DNA from: a virus
Reading direction: 5' to 3' (one strand)
IMG/VR virus record: IMGVR_UViG_3300046167_000883
Coordinates: 1-64,000 of that record
Length of the DNA: 64,000 bases
Below the pieces are notes generated by a model that ran no database searches, had not been told where the DNA came from, and was given only the letters and a program-made list of their open reading frames with translations. A program made the translations under genes and the position numbers. Positions 19,427 through 29,075 of the stretch are shown one piece after another (the first letter of the stretch is position 1; every line of letters begins with the position of its first letter).

Positions 19427-20447
19427 TTAAAATTTTAATTAATTTTTTGCAGTGAGTGTTTTTCTTTAACTCATCTGATTCCTGAATCTTTTCGATAATC
19501 CAACTTTGAATTTTTGGATCACTCAAAACCCAGCGCTCTGACCTGTTATACCAATCGTCAAAATTTTTATTCTCAACAAGCATGTCGCCGAAATCATTGG
19601 CTGTTGGTGGATTGATTTTAATTAGAGAGAGGTCAAATATTTGAGATAGTTTAGCGGCAGTTTTAATTGCTGCGTTGCCACCAGAGTTAACTTCTTTTGT
19701 GTCGTCGTTGTTTGTGGCGATAATAATCGCGTCCAGATCGAAGCCATTTAAATAAGAAACGAGTTTAGCTGAAGCGTCCAAGCCAAATGTCACTAATACA
19801 TTCTTATATCCAGATTCGTGCAGAGCTAGGCAGTCACCAATACTTTCAACTAAAATAACTGACTTGGTTTGAGAGATGGAATCTTCGAAAATGTGATTTG
19901 GATAAACCCAACCGCTTTTTCTTCCCATGTGTTTCCACTTTGGAGACTTATCATCATCAACAATGGAGCGACCAGAAAATCCGTGAATTTGACCATCTAG
20001 GTTGTAGATGGGAAAAACAACCCGACGATACATCTTACCGCCACCAGCATAACCGCATTTAAATTCCTTTTGTGTTTCTGCGGAAATACCCCTCTTTTCA
20101 TAAAAAGTCGTCATCGGTAAAAGTTTATCTAAGTGGGACTCTGGGTAAATTTTTTCCATTTCTATTTTTTCTTCTTGATGTTTTGATGGCCGATACTGCT
20201 CTGGATTATCAATAAGATATTCCTTTAACTTAATCGGATCTTCTGTTTTTAAAGTTTCCTTAATTAAAGCAGTAAAAGGTTTTGCTTGGTTGTCTCCACC
20301 GAAATCCCTCCAAACCCCAGAATCTTTATATATAATAAGAGAAGTGTTTGTTTTTCCATTTCTAAAGACTGCGCGAGTTCTCCAGTGGTTGCCGCAATCT
20401 TGCAATGGATAACCTAATTTTTCTAATGAGTTTCTATAATGGTTCAT
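19419..20447 (-). CDS. dnaG: DNA primase (Toprim)
   Basis: RVVFPI...GFSGR, PKWKH, ILVESIGDCLAL, TNND, NDFGD. Confidence 0.85.
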   Translation of the reverse strand: MNHYRNSLEKLGYPLQDCGNHWRTRAVFRNGKTNTSLIIYKDSGVWRDFGGDNQAKPFTALIKETLKTEDPIKLKEYLIDNPEQYRPSKHQEEKIEMEKIYPESHLDKLLPMTTFYEKRGISAETQKEFKCGYAGGGKMYRRVVFPIYNLDGQIHGFSGRSIVDDDKSPKWKHMGRKSGWVYPNHIFEDSISQTKSVILVESIGDCLALHESGYKNVLVTFGLDASAKLVSYLNGFDLDAIIIATNNDDTKEVNSGGNAAIKTAAKLSQIFDLSLIKINPPTANDFGDMLVENKNFDDWYNRSERWVLSDPKIQSWIIEKIQESDELKKNTHCKKLIKILNG

Positions 20448-21961
20448 AGGTCGTCGAATGAAGGGATTTGATCTGATTGGCTTCCAATTAAATCGCCACC
20501 AGTATTTCTAAAGGTAACAATGTCTCGCAGATCACCACACTCTGTGATGTTGAAATTTTTGAAACCCAAGTTTATGAAGTTCTTACGAAGGTTGTCGTCA
20601 ACTTGAACTGGCTCAACTGCGCCAGCAATATCTTTACCTAAATGGCGAGCCTTAACGTTAATGAGTTTATGTGTTCCAAATTGATTACCTTCTTCAGCTA
20701 CTTCGTCATTAGTTTTTTGACGGAGGATAAACATGTGAGAACAGAATTGAGTAATTCGATCAGATAGCGACACGATAGATTCGTCATCAATAATGTTAGC
20801 ACTTTGGCGATTGGTTGTAATGCCGCTACGATTAGATTGTACTGATGTAATCATTGGAATTACTGGAAGCCCTTCTTCAAGTATTTCTTTTTGAATACAC
20901 TTCTTAAACTTGTCAACCATCTCACCGACGAGTTGCCATTCGTTTTTGTTGGCGGAGCCAGAGTCTGAAGATGTTTTAATATAATCAAAAGAAAAAACCA
21001 TCTTGTTGCCGCGACCAACCTTGGAATAATAAAATCTTTTCAGTGTGTTAATCATTGAGTCAACGTCCATGCCACCAACATTGTAGTAGTAAAATTTTAG
21101 GTTCTTAACTTTGTTCCAAACCGAACGGACCCTTGTAACTGTTTCTTCGCCAGCTTGTCTCCATTTGCCACTTTCAAGCAAGTATGCTGGTACACCAGAT
21201 AAAGCAGCGCATTGACGAATAATTAATTCTTCTTTGCTCATTTCTCCATTATCAAAGTGTAATACAGGGACGTCATACCTTGCCGATACTTTGGTTGCGT
21301 AATCCATACAGAATTGAGTTTTACCAACACCAGAACGAGCTACAATAACTGTAATATTTCCTGGGCGCAAGAGGGAACCATAAATATCGTTAATCTTTTC
21401 ATGAGGACCCATCATGCCAAATTCCTCTAATGGGTTGTTGCCCCTTTCTTCGATGAAGTTTTCCATCTCCTCATAAATATTTTCTGGAGTATCGGAACCA
21501 ACTTCAAACAAATTAATTTTCTCATTATAGATTTGATCAGCGCACTCCACTATCTTTAGGTACGATGTATCTGGAGAAATCCTCTTCATTGAGTCCGCAA
21601 TCTTTTGAGCGGTTTTTTGAATCTCTCTACGGACGCTATACTTCTTCAACTCTTTAATTGAGGATTCGATCTTCTCTTCTGAGTGGATCTTACGCATAGA
21701 AAGTGAGCGTACATAATCAATCAAAGAAAGATCTTCTTCAAATTTAATCCCAAGGTCTTTAATTCTTTGGACTAAAACAATTTCGTCAATTTGTTCGTCT
21801 TGCTCACAAGCTCTTTTTAGTACAGCAAACAAAGTTCTGTGCAAAAGCGAACCATCGTAAAAATCTGATTCTCCAATCAAATGGATAAAGTTCACGAGAA
21901 CTTTAGGCTTCTGGATGAAGGCGGCTAAAACCTGCTTTTCGATTTCGAGACTATATATCAT
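20444..21961 (-). CDS. dnaB: Replicative DNA helicase
   Basis: SLEIEKQVL, ARSGVGKT, EMS, FDYIK, QSNR; ATG 21961 chosen from promoter position. Confidence 0.9.
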   Translation of the reverse strand: MIYSLEIEKQVLAAFIQKPKVLVNFIHLIGESDFYDGSLLHRTLFAVLKRACEQDEQIDEIVLVQRIKDLGIKFEEDLSLIDYVRSLSMRKIHSEEKIESSIKELKKYSVRREIQKTAQKIADSMKRISPDTSYLKIVECADQIYNEKINLFEVGSDTPENIYEEMENFIEERGNNPLEEFGMMGPHEKINDIYGSLLRPGNITVIVARSGVGKTQFCMDYATKVSARYDVPVLHFDNGEMSKEELIIRQCAALSGVPAYLLESGKWRQAGEETVTRVRSVWNKVKNLKFYYYNVGGMDVDSMINTLKRFYYSKVGRGNKMVFSFDYIKTSSDSGSANKNEWQLVGEMVDKFKKCIQKEILEEGLPVIPMITSVQSNRSGITTNRQSANIIDDESIVSLSDRITQFCSHMFILRQKTNDEVAEEGNQFGTHKLINVKARHLGKDIAGAVEPVQVDDNLRKNFINLGFKNFNITECGDLRDIVTFRNTGGDLIGSQSDQIPSFDDL

Positions 21962-21970
21962 ATACGACGA

Positions 21971-21998
21971 ATAATACATACGTCGCACCTGTTGTCAA
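21971..21998 (-). promoter_or_regulatory. Sigma70-type promoter upstream of dnaB
   Basis: TTGACA-N16-TATTAT-N9-ATG. Confidence 0.55.
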
Positions 21999-22001
21999 GC
22001 G

Positions 22002-22247
22002 TTAATCTGATTCTTGACCAACTTCGTAGCCATTTTGGGAGTATTCCTCCAAGTAAGCCTCGATGGACTTAATTAAGCCAGACTCCGTGATTTGAGAGTC
22101 GCAGTTTGTGTAAACAATCGGCGTACCTTCTTCATCGCAGTAGGCAATAATGAAACCTTTATAAGATTCTGCGCCTCCAGTTAGCTCGTAAAGCTGGCTC
22201 AAAATCTTCTCTGGCAGTTCGAATTGTTTAAATTTTGGCTTTTGCAT
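22002..22247 (-). CDS. Hypothetical protein
   Basis: 81 aa ORF preceded by GTGTAA-N10-ATG. Confidence 0.7.
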   Translation of the reverse strand: MQKPKFKQFELPEKILSQLYELTGGAESYKGFIIAYCDEEGTPIVYTNCDSQITESGLIKSIEAYLEEYSQNGYEVGQESD

Positions 22248-22257
22248 GTAGTGTATT

Positions 22258-22263
22258 TTACAC
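22258..22263 (-). promoter_or_regulatory. GTGTAA element 10 nt upstream of ATG 22247
   Basis: Recurring motif. Confidence 0.55.
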
Positions 22264-22664
22264 TAGTTGAGGAGATTTTCGAAAAATTCTTCTGATAATT
22301 TATCGTCTGGGTAAATCTGCAAGAATTCTATATCATTAAGCTCGCAAAAGTCCATTTTTTTATCATCCCTACGGATTTGGCGCAAAAAATTTGCTCTTGT
22401 TTTGTGAAAATGTTTAACGAACTTAAGATGTTGAGCGCCCTGAACTTCTATGGCAATTTTTCTTGTGTGGTTGTAGAAATCAAGCGACAACTGCGTTCCA
22501 GCCACCTTGAATTCTTCGTATACAGCGTCATGTTTCCAATGTTTGTAGAGATATTTTCTTACTTCTGCTTGAAATTTGCTACGACATTTACCATTCCACT
22601 TAATTTTATATTTGTGGGCGTTTCTTACAGGCTTCTCTTTACCGTATAAAGTTAAAAATTTCAT
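22263..22664 (-). CDS. DUF559/Vsr-like PD-(D/E)XK endonuclease
   Basis: SLDFY...IAIEVQGAQH...RDDKKMDFCELNDI; ATG at 22664 preferred over the track start inside the hairpin. Confidence 0.7.
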   Translation of the reverse strand: MKFLTLYGKEKPVRNAHKYKIKWNGKCRSKFQAEVRKYLYKHWKHDAVYEEFKVAGTQLSLDFYNHTRKIAIEVQGAQHLKFVKHFHKTRANFLRQIRRDDKKMDFCELNDIEFLQIYPDDKLSEEFFENLLN

Positions 22665-22672
22665 AAAAATAG

Positions 22673-22795
22673 TCACGGACACCCTTGGGGATGATATCAG
22701 TCTGCGAACCTAGATCCTTCCAAGAAGCAGGGCCAAGGGGCCGTGAAAAAGAAACCCCCTGTGGTGCAGATCGTTGAGAGCTGTAGGGGGTGTTG
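22673..22795 (-). ncRNA. Candidate structured RNA: two GC-rich large-loop hairpins
   Basis: TCACGG/CCGTGA plus CCCTTGG/CCAAGGG stem (22673-22746) and a CCCCCT/AGGGGG stem (about 22755-22790) in an otherwise AT-rich genome. Confidence 0.45.
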
Positions 22796-22805
22796 ATAAA
22801 ATCAT

Positions 22806-23918
22806 TTACACTAATTCCCCAATATTAGATTTAAAATAATTTATTAAAAATTTAGAAAGCTCTTCATTTTCTTCAACCATTTTAAACAGATTAGCCTCTC
22901 CTTGGATTTTTTCTGGCAAATCTTGGACAACATCAGCTACAAGCTCCTTGAACTCTTCGCCAATGGTAATCCAAGCACCTTTTTTAGTGACGAACTCCCA
23001 CATATATAGGAGATCCACTAGTTCTTTTTCTACCCAAACGGACTTGCCACCAGTTCTACCATATCTAATTGGATACATAATAGTGTTGTTGGTTTTCTCG
23101 TTTGGGGATTTCTTGATCGTAACTTTTGCCCAATGACCAATAATTGGATTGGTCTTGGGGTCTGGCTGCTTCTTCGCTGGGTCTTGTAAAATCATATCAG
23201 ACTTAAATCGCGGCTCAAATTCCATAATATAGTTAGCAAAGTGAAGTAACGCATTACCTCCTGTTGCTGAAGTCTGACGTATCGGAGCTTTGGTATATGG
23301 GTCTAGTTTGATGTCTGCCCTTACTTGGCTAATAAAAATGGCCATATGACCCCTTTTTGCAAGCGAGATAGACATTCTCTTCATAAAGTTGGCTGCAATA
23401 ACCGCACCGCCAGCCACCTTGTTGGAATCATAGAAGGATTTTTCCATATCTTGTTGTGAAATTAGTCCATCTACAGAGTCTAGGATGAAGCAATATTTAT
23501 ACTTATCTTCATTTTGTTCAACAAGTGTTTTGATGGCATCTACCACAACTTCGTAAATATTACTCTCAAAAACAAAACAAGTGCCAGCTACCCACTCTTT
23601 GGCGTCATAGACGAACTTTACGCCAGAGCGAGCAACCATTTCGTTTGAAAGGCGACCCTCAGCCTTAATGTAAAATCCCTTTGCGTCCTTTTGGGTGTTT
23701 AACATATTCTTCATAACCTCCAAGGCTGCTGAAGTTTTGCCACCCTCGTTCATACCAACAAACCTGTGCAATCCTGGCCCGAATCCGCCATTTAAGTTTA
23801 AATCAAGCTGGAGCGATCCGCTTGATGCTTTGTAATCAATTGACTCCTCAAAGTTATAGTGTTGTCCTTTTTTGTCCTTGAGGAACTTTTCTAGTAGTTC
23901 TGAATCTTTGTCGCTCAT
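22806..23918 (-). CDS. recA: RecA/UvsX-like recombinase
   Basis: SSGSLQLD, GMNEGGKT, ILDSVD, FISQVR, GGNALLH, PIRYG. Confidence 0.9.
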   Translation of the reverse strand: MSDKDSELLEKFLKDKKGQHYNFEESIDYKASSGSLQLDLNLNGGFGPGLHRFVGMNEGGKTSAALEVMKNMLNTQKDAKGFYIKAEGRLSNEMVARSGVKFVYDAKEWVAGTCFVFESNIYEVVVDAIKTLVEQNEDKYKYCFILDSVDGLISQQDMEKSFYDSNKVAGGAVIAANFMKRMSISLAKRGHMAIFISQVRADIKLDPYTKAPIRQTSATGGNALLHFANYIMEFEPRFKSDMILQDPAKKQPDPKTNPIIGHWAKVTIKKSPNEKTNNTIMYPIRYGRTGGKSVWVEKELVDLLYMWEFVTKKGAWITIGEEFKELVADVVQDLPEKIQGEANLFKMVEENEELSKFLINYFKSNIGELV

Positions 23919-24271
23919 TTTAATAAATCTTTCGTGTTCTTTGGTTTATTATCACTGGGAATATAATCTTTTCCAGTCTTTTCTCCTAAAATAAATGGAT
24001 CGTATTTAGATAAGTCAACTTTAAAGTTAAAATTTCTCCATTTTCTGTCCATTGTCTCTTTTAACTCCTTTGAAACAAGGTATGCGAGACTATTATACTT
24101 TTTAGGGAAAGTAACAATTTCCAAGAATTCAAGAGAATAACGAGCCTCCAAATCCTTTAGAAGCTTCATTTCTCTAGCCCAAAAGAATCTTTTTTGGGTA
24201 TCTGGAACGTCTACCAGTTTACCTATAATTCCTTGTCGTCTTTTATGTGGCGTTAATTTCTTTGAACTCAT
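23915..24271 (-). CDS. Hypothetical protein
   Basis: 118 aa ORF coupled to recA; TTGACT-N16-CAGAAT-N8-ATG upstream. Confidence 0.7.
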   Translation of the reverse strand: MSSKKLTPHKRRQGIIGKLVDVPDTQKRFFWAREMKLLKDLEARYSLEFLEIVTFPKKYNSLAYLVSKELKETMDRKWRNFNFKVDLSKYDPFILGEKTGKDYIPSDNKPKNTKDLLK

Positions 24272-25289
24272 GTTGGCACATTCTGCACACTAATGTTTCA
24301 AAGTCAACAGTTTTTTCCCAATTTAGTTCTTTTTGTGCTTCGGATGGGTCGCCCAAGAGTAATTCAACTTCTGCTGGACGATAAAATTTTTCATTAATTT
24401 TGAGAAGAGTGATGTCAACTGGAACTTCTCCCTTTAATTTATAGACTTCATTAACGCCCTCACCAGACCAATAACCTTGAATTCCAGCATTGTCGAAGGC
24501 AAGTTCAACAAATTCACGCACAGTATGGGTTTCGCCAGAAGCTAACAGGTAATCTTTAGGTTTATCTTGTTTAAGCATTAACCAAACAGCGCGAACAAAA
24601 TCTTCAGCGTGGCTCCAATCTCTTTGGGCATCTAAATTGCCAAGCTCAAGGGGTTCAAAATTTGCATCGCCCTGATGAATAGATTTCGCAATTTTTGCTA
24701 CAGCTTTTGTGATTTTACGAGAAACAAACTCTTCGCCACGGCGCTCACTTTCATGGTTGAATAAAAAGCCTTGGATTGCAAAAATATCATATGAATCGCG
24801 CCAAACCTTGACAATTTGCCTAGCAGCGGCTTTTGATGCCCCATATGGGCTACGGGGTCTAAGTGGGTGCTTTAGGTCTTGTGGGCTATAAATAACATCC
24901 CCAAATTCCTCTGAGGAGCCAGCGTTGTAATAACGACAACTCGGACAATGCTTTCTAATTGCTTCAAGTTGATGAAGCACTGCCATTGTGTTGTTTTGGA
25001 AGTGATTAACGGGCATCTTCCAACTGAGACCAACAAAAGAGTTGGCCGCAAAGTTAATGAAGTAGTCAGGCTTAATTTCTTCAACACAAGCATTAATGCT
25101 ATGCTCGTCGCCAAGATCCATTTCAATAAGTTCGAAATTTGGATTTTTAATATGTTTAATGTTATCGTGGTTTGGGACGCTCAACCTTCGGATAGCTCCA
25201 TAAACCTTAACATTTGTGAACTTAAGAAGGAAGTCTGCCATATATGAGCCGACTTGACCTGTTACCCCTGTTACTATTACTTTTTTCAT
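24243..25289 (-). CDS. gmd: GDP-mannose 4,6-dehydratase
   Basis: TGVTGQVGSY, AANSFV, SSEEFG, PRSPYGASK, FNHES, LGNLDAQRDW, FYRPAEVELLLGD. Confidence 0.95.
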   Translation of the reverse strand: MKKVIVTGVTGQVGSYMADFLLKFTNVKVYGAIRRLSVPNHDNIKHIKNPNFELIEMDLGDEHSINACVEEIKPDYFINFAANSFVGLSWKMPVNHFQNNTMAVLHQLEAIRKHCPSCRYYNAGSSEEFGDVIYSPQDLKHPLRPRSPYGASKAAARQIVKVWRDSYDIFAIQGFLFNHESERRGEEFVSRKITKAVAKIAKSIHQGDANFEPLELGNLDAQRDWSHAEDFVRAVWLMLKQDKPKDYLLASGETHTVREFVELAFDNAGIQGYWSGEGVNEVYKLKGEVPVDITLLKINEKFYRPAEVELLLGDPSEAQKELNWEKTVDFETLVCRMCQHEFKEINAT

Positions 25290-26278
25290 ATTTTTTTTAG
25301 TTTTAACATGCATTGTTTAATAGCCATCCACATATCTAAATATTTATAAGTAGCGAGTCTGCCAATAAAAATTATATTAGTTTCTGATTTGGATAATTCA
25401 ATATATTTTGATGCTATTTTTCCAGAATCTCCAAAATGTATTGGATAGAAGGGGATGTTTTTACCATCATATTCCGTTGGGTACTCTTCTGTTATGACAG
25501 TTGTATTTTGATTATGGTTCGGGTCAAAATAGCTATGATCATACTTTCTGGTGTAAAGGTTTTTTTTGGTATTTGAGTTTTCTACAAGATAGGGCATTTT
25601 TTTTCCAGTAACAGTATGTTTAAAAGTTAAAGACCTATAGGGTAGCTTGCCGAATTTGTAACCATAGAAGTGATCTATTTTACCAGTATAAACCATTAGG
25701 TCGGCTTTATAATTTTTCCAATCTTCATCTTTGCAGGATAATTTTACGTCTATACCCTTCAACATTTTCTTCATCATTTTAGTGTAGCCGTGCTTAGGGA
25801 GGCATTGGTATTTTTGATTTTTAAACCAAGTGGGATCTTCCATGTCCGCAGTGTCTGGTATTCTGTTTGTTATTGTTTTTGGTATTTCATCGAAAGGGAC
25901 ACCCCACTGTTTTTCTGAGTAATCTTTAAATAAGTATTTTTGAATTTCTTCTGCCGACAACTCTTTCCCTATTTCTTTTATGGTTTTTTTGCTATAGGGT
26001 AGCGAAATTAAACCAAGTTCTGTTTCACCTTTTGGTTGGTATTTGAATGGAATCCATTCTGTATAACGACTCAAGAATTCAAATACCTCTTCATCATCAG
26101 TGTGAAAAATATGAGGACCATAATTATGAACCATTGTCCCGCACAAGTTACTATCAAAACAATTTCCTCCTATATGGTTTCTTTTTTCAAAAATTTTTAC
26201 ATCATAACCTTTTTCTTTTAAAAGAATTGCAGCAGTAATGCCTGAAAGTCCACAGCCTATAATTTTAACCTTTTTCAT
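25286..26278 (-). CDS. glf: UDP-galactopyranose mutase
   Basis: IGCGLSG, HIGGNC, YGPHIFHT, YSEKQWG, LPYRSL, GRLATYKYLDM. Confidence 0.95.
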   Translation of the reverse strand: MKKVKIIGCGLSGITAAILLKEKGYDVKIFEKRNHIGGNCFDSNLCGTMVHNYGPHIFHTDDEEVFEFLSRYTEWIPFKYQPKGETELGLISLPYSKKTIKEIGKELSAEEIQKYLFKDYSEKQWGVPFDEIPKTITNRIPDTADMEDPTWFKNQKYQCLPKHGYTKMMKKMLKGIDVKLSCKDEDWKNYKADLMVYTGKIDHFYGYKFGKLPYRSLTFKHTVTGKKMPYLVENSNTKKNLYTRKYDHSYFDPNHNQNTTVITEEYPTEYDGKNIPFYPIHFGDSGKIASKYIELSKSETNIIFIGRLATYKYLDMWMAIKQCMLKLKKI

Positions 26279-26469
26279 TTTATTGTTCTGCTATAATTTC
26301 TTTGATTTTTAGTAGGGTTGACTCTTGTAAAAGAAAAATTTTTTTTAGTAGGATATTTATCCAGAGATTCCCTTATTAGAGATTCTACAGATTTGCCTCT
26401 AGATTCATAACAATTTAAGTGTTCAAACTCTAACGAATCTTAGTTTTTTCTGACTATTACATATTGCAC
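26275..26469 (-). pseudogene. 65-codon reading frame with one internal TAA
   Basis: GTG 26469 to TGA overlapping the glf ATG; in-frame TAA at 26440-26442; fills the only gap in the operon. Confidence 0.35.
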
Positions 26470-26471
26470 AA

Positions 26472-27146
26472 TTAAACCTTAAAGTTGTGTACTAAAGTTG
26501 CATTCATATCAACTTTTTGAAAGTTGTTATTTACATAATGCCCTGGGATGTTAGAAACCTCTTCCCAGTGACCAAAGGATAATCCGTTTTTTCTCGCAGC
26601 TAATGTAGAAATTAAATCCATAAAATAGTTTTTTGGGAATTCATCAAATATATCTTTAAAGAAATTAAAATCTTGTTTCTTTATTGTTTTAAAGTAGTTT
26701 AAACTAAACATTGTCGCCCCGCACCCAGTATGCACCCTATTTTTGTTAATATTCAGATAATCATACAAAACATGTTCTTTTGGGCCACATGGATTATTTG
26801 GGCCACTAATATCATATTTAGGTTCAATCGTTATCTTTCTGTTTGTAAAAACATCTGTTTCTAAAAATAATGTGTGTGTAAATTTATCATTTAACCCGTA
26901 TTCAAATAAATAATCATAATACCTATAATCAAAAGACCCTACCCCGCAGTGAGTTTTTTTGTGCCACAAATTTTCAGCATCTACAAATGATATGTTGGGT
27001 ATATGTTTTAAAAAAGGTTTAGGGGATTCGCCTCCAGAATTGATAACTCTAATTGGAATTTCTGGATTCCACTTGCTGAAATTCTCAAGTGTAAATTTTG
27101 CCCTTGCAAAGTCATTGCACATAAATAATATTGCTTGTATTTTCAT
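26472..27146 (-). CDS. Putative GT-A glycosyltransferase-like protein
   Basis: Rossmann-like start, LFLETDV (DxD-like) motif, GCGATMF, C-terminal VH; located in the sugar cluster. Confidence 0.55.
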   Translation of the reverse strand: MKIQAILFMCNDFARAKFTLENFSKWNPEIPIRVINSGGESPKPFLKHIPNISFVDAENLWHKKTHCGVGSFDYRYYDYLFEYGLNDKFTHTLFLETDVFTNRKITIEPKYDISGPNNPCGPKEHVLYDYLNINKNRVHTGCGATMFSLNYFKTIKKQDFNFFKDIFDEFPKNYFMDLISTLAARKNGLSFGHWEEVSNIPGHYVNNNFQKVDMNATLVHNFKV

Positions 27147-28063
27147 AAATATTTAATATATTTTTTTGCTATATTTTCCCAAGAAAAAGATTTTGCGTAA
27201 TTTACAATTTCTTGCCTATTAATTGCAGAACAAAATTTTCTGTTTTCTAATATTTTTTCTTTTATATATTTTTTGTTTTTAATTTGTTCGTCTTCTATGA
27301 CACTTATAAATGGTAAACTTTCATCTAAGTTTTGGCTTGCGGATTTAGAGATCACAAGGCCCAGTCCACAAGAAAGAGCTTCAAGGCAAACCAGTGGTTG
27401 TAATTCTGAATTAGATACAAGAATCAAATTAGCATATTCAGTCATTTTTGAAAAAACTTGTTCTCTATTCCACATTCCTAAAAAATCTTTTTTGAGGGGA
27501 TTAAAATCAGTGCAGTGGTTTTGGCCAACAAAATCTATACCACAATCCAATTTTTGAAGAAACGCTTGATTCTTTCTTTTATCTATTTTGCCCAAACAAA
27601 TGCTTTGGTTTATTTTATTGGGATTTTGAGATACGGTAAAGGATTCAAAATCAACACCGTTGGGAAGTATTTTAATATTGTTTGGGGAAATACCAATTTG
27701 CAGAAGAAAATCTCTTTCCCAAGTTGTTAATACAAAAAAATCGCAATCATAATAAAAACTTCTAACTAATTGCTCATGGAAAGATAAGCTGTTTAAAAAA
27801 CTTCCATCGTGTGATGTAACAATCTTTTTGCACTTTATCAATGGCATTATTTCCCAATGCTTACCGTAATGAAGATGAACAACATCGGGATTTATTTCTA
27901 ATATTTTTTTATAAGTTAATTGAGTATTGTTCTCGTTAATAAAATAAACATCTTCGCCTAGTTTCTTGAGGGCATTAAATTGATTCCAAAGAACAGTTTC
28001 TAGCGCACCCCAGCCATTTGGTGGGATTTTAATTTCTCCAGGAGCTATAAAACAAATTTTCAT
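27143..28063 (-). CDS. GT4 glycosyltransferase
   Basis: IPPNGWGALE, ILPNGVD, LGKIDKRKNQ, ELQPLVCLEALSCGL, FSWENIA. Confidence 0.88.
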   Translation of the reverse strand: MKICFIAPGEIKIPPNGWGALETVLWNQFNALKKLGEDVYFINENNTQLTYKKILEINPDVVHLHYGKHWEIMPLIKCKKIVTSHDGSFLNSLSFHEQLVRSFYYDCDFFVLTTWERDFLLQIGISPNNIKILPNGVDFESFTVSQNPNKINQSICLGKIDKRKNQAFLQKLDCGIDFVGQNHCTDFNPLKKDFLGMWNREQVFSKMTEYANLILVSNSELQPLVCLEALSCGLGLVISKSASQNLDESLPFISVIEDEQIKNKKYIKEKILENRKFCSAINRQEIVNYAKSFSWENIAKKYIKYL

Positions 28064-28074
28064 AAATTACATCT

Positions 28075-28821
28075 TTACTTGTGTATGAAAAATACATCTT
28101 TTCTTTCTTTTTCGTATTTTTTAAATTCACTACAAACAGGGTCCCCCATTATGAATTTTTTGTCAGCAAGGATTGATCTCAAAAGATATTGTAAAATCCA
28201 CATGTCCGAATTAAAGTCTGGATTTCCCATTTTTATTCTTATTTCGCAAAATTTTTGATAAAAAAGCAACATATCCTCATATCTGCCCCCAACTACACCC
28301 ATGTTTATTAAATCCCAGTTATTCTGATTTAATAAAAATTTAAGTTTATCATCCCACCTCAACTGTTCGTGGATATTAATATATGGGAACTGGTTTAATT
28401 TTATGCTGTCTTTACAAGTATAATACGAGTAACCATTCAAATCCTTTAAAAGTTTTTCTGGGCTTTGCACCACAACAACGTCTGAGGCATCTGTATGAAA
28501 GACATAGTCAAATTTGTTATCTTCTAAATAATTCCTAAAACAAAAAAACCTATAATCATTATTTGAGTAAATAAATGATCCTACTTTTATAAATTTAATT
28601 TTATCTGTTTGGTACTTTTCTACAAAATCTTTAGACAAGCCGTCATAAAACAAGACGGCGTTCAAGTTGTTTTTTATAATTGAATTATACCAATTTTCTA
28701 TATAAGAAAAATCGTTCTTTTTTACATAACCATTCGCTAATCTACCAACAATGCTAGGATCATTGCGGTCGTTTGGGTGAATTTTTTCAGTAAAGTAAGA
28801 GCTTAATATTACGCCATTCAT
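28075..28821 (-). CDS. Putative glycosyltransferase-like protein
   Basis: RFFCF, VFHTDASDV, INMGVVGG and SDM motifs of a GT-A-like family. Confidence 0.6.
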   Translation of the reverse strand: MNGVILSSYFTEKIHPNDRNDPSIVGRLANGYVKKNDFSYIENWYNSIIKNNLNAVLFYDGLSKDFVEKYQTDKIKFIKVGSFIYSNNDYRFFCFRNYLEDNKFDYVFHTDASDVVVVQSPEKLLKDLNGYSYYTCKDSIKLNQFPYINIHEQLRWDDKLKFLLNQNNWDLINMGVVGGRYEDMLLFYQKFCEIRIKMGNPDFNSDMWILQYLLRSILADKKFIMGDPVCSEFKKYEKERKDVFFIHK

Positions 28822-29075
28822 TTTTTATATTTAAACCACACACCAAGCATGATTACGGCAGATAATAAACTCAAACCATAATTAATCAACCACCAAAAAT
28901 CAAACCCAACCCTAAGTATCGTATAAGATATTGCAGAAACGTAGCCGACGACGGAAAGCACAAACAAAGATAAGCTAACATCTTCGACTTTTTTAGTTTT
29001 AATACTTTTAATGATTTGCGGCCAAATGCAAGTACTAAAACAAACAGTGTACACTAAACCTAAGAATTGTTCCAC
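28818..29075 (-). CDS. PQ-loop / SemiSWEET-like small membrane transporter
   Basis: WPQIIKSIKTKKVEDVSL motif and three hydrophobic helices. Confidence 0.85.
   Translation of the reverse strand: MEQFLGLVYTVCFSTCIWPQIIKSIKTKKVEDVSLSLFVLSVVGYVSAISYTILRVGFDFWWLINYGLSLLSAVIMLGVWFKYKK

Noticed and set aside
22673-22795. tRNA or hammerhead ribozyme
   Set aside because: No cloverleaf with T-loop and CCA, and no CUGAUGA/GAAA core in the right arrangement; no tRNA or rRNA recognised elsewhere either
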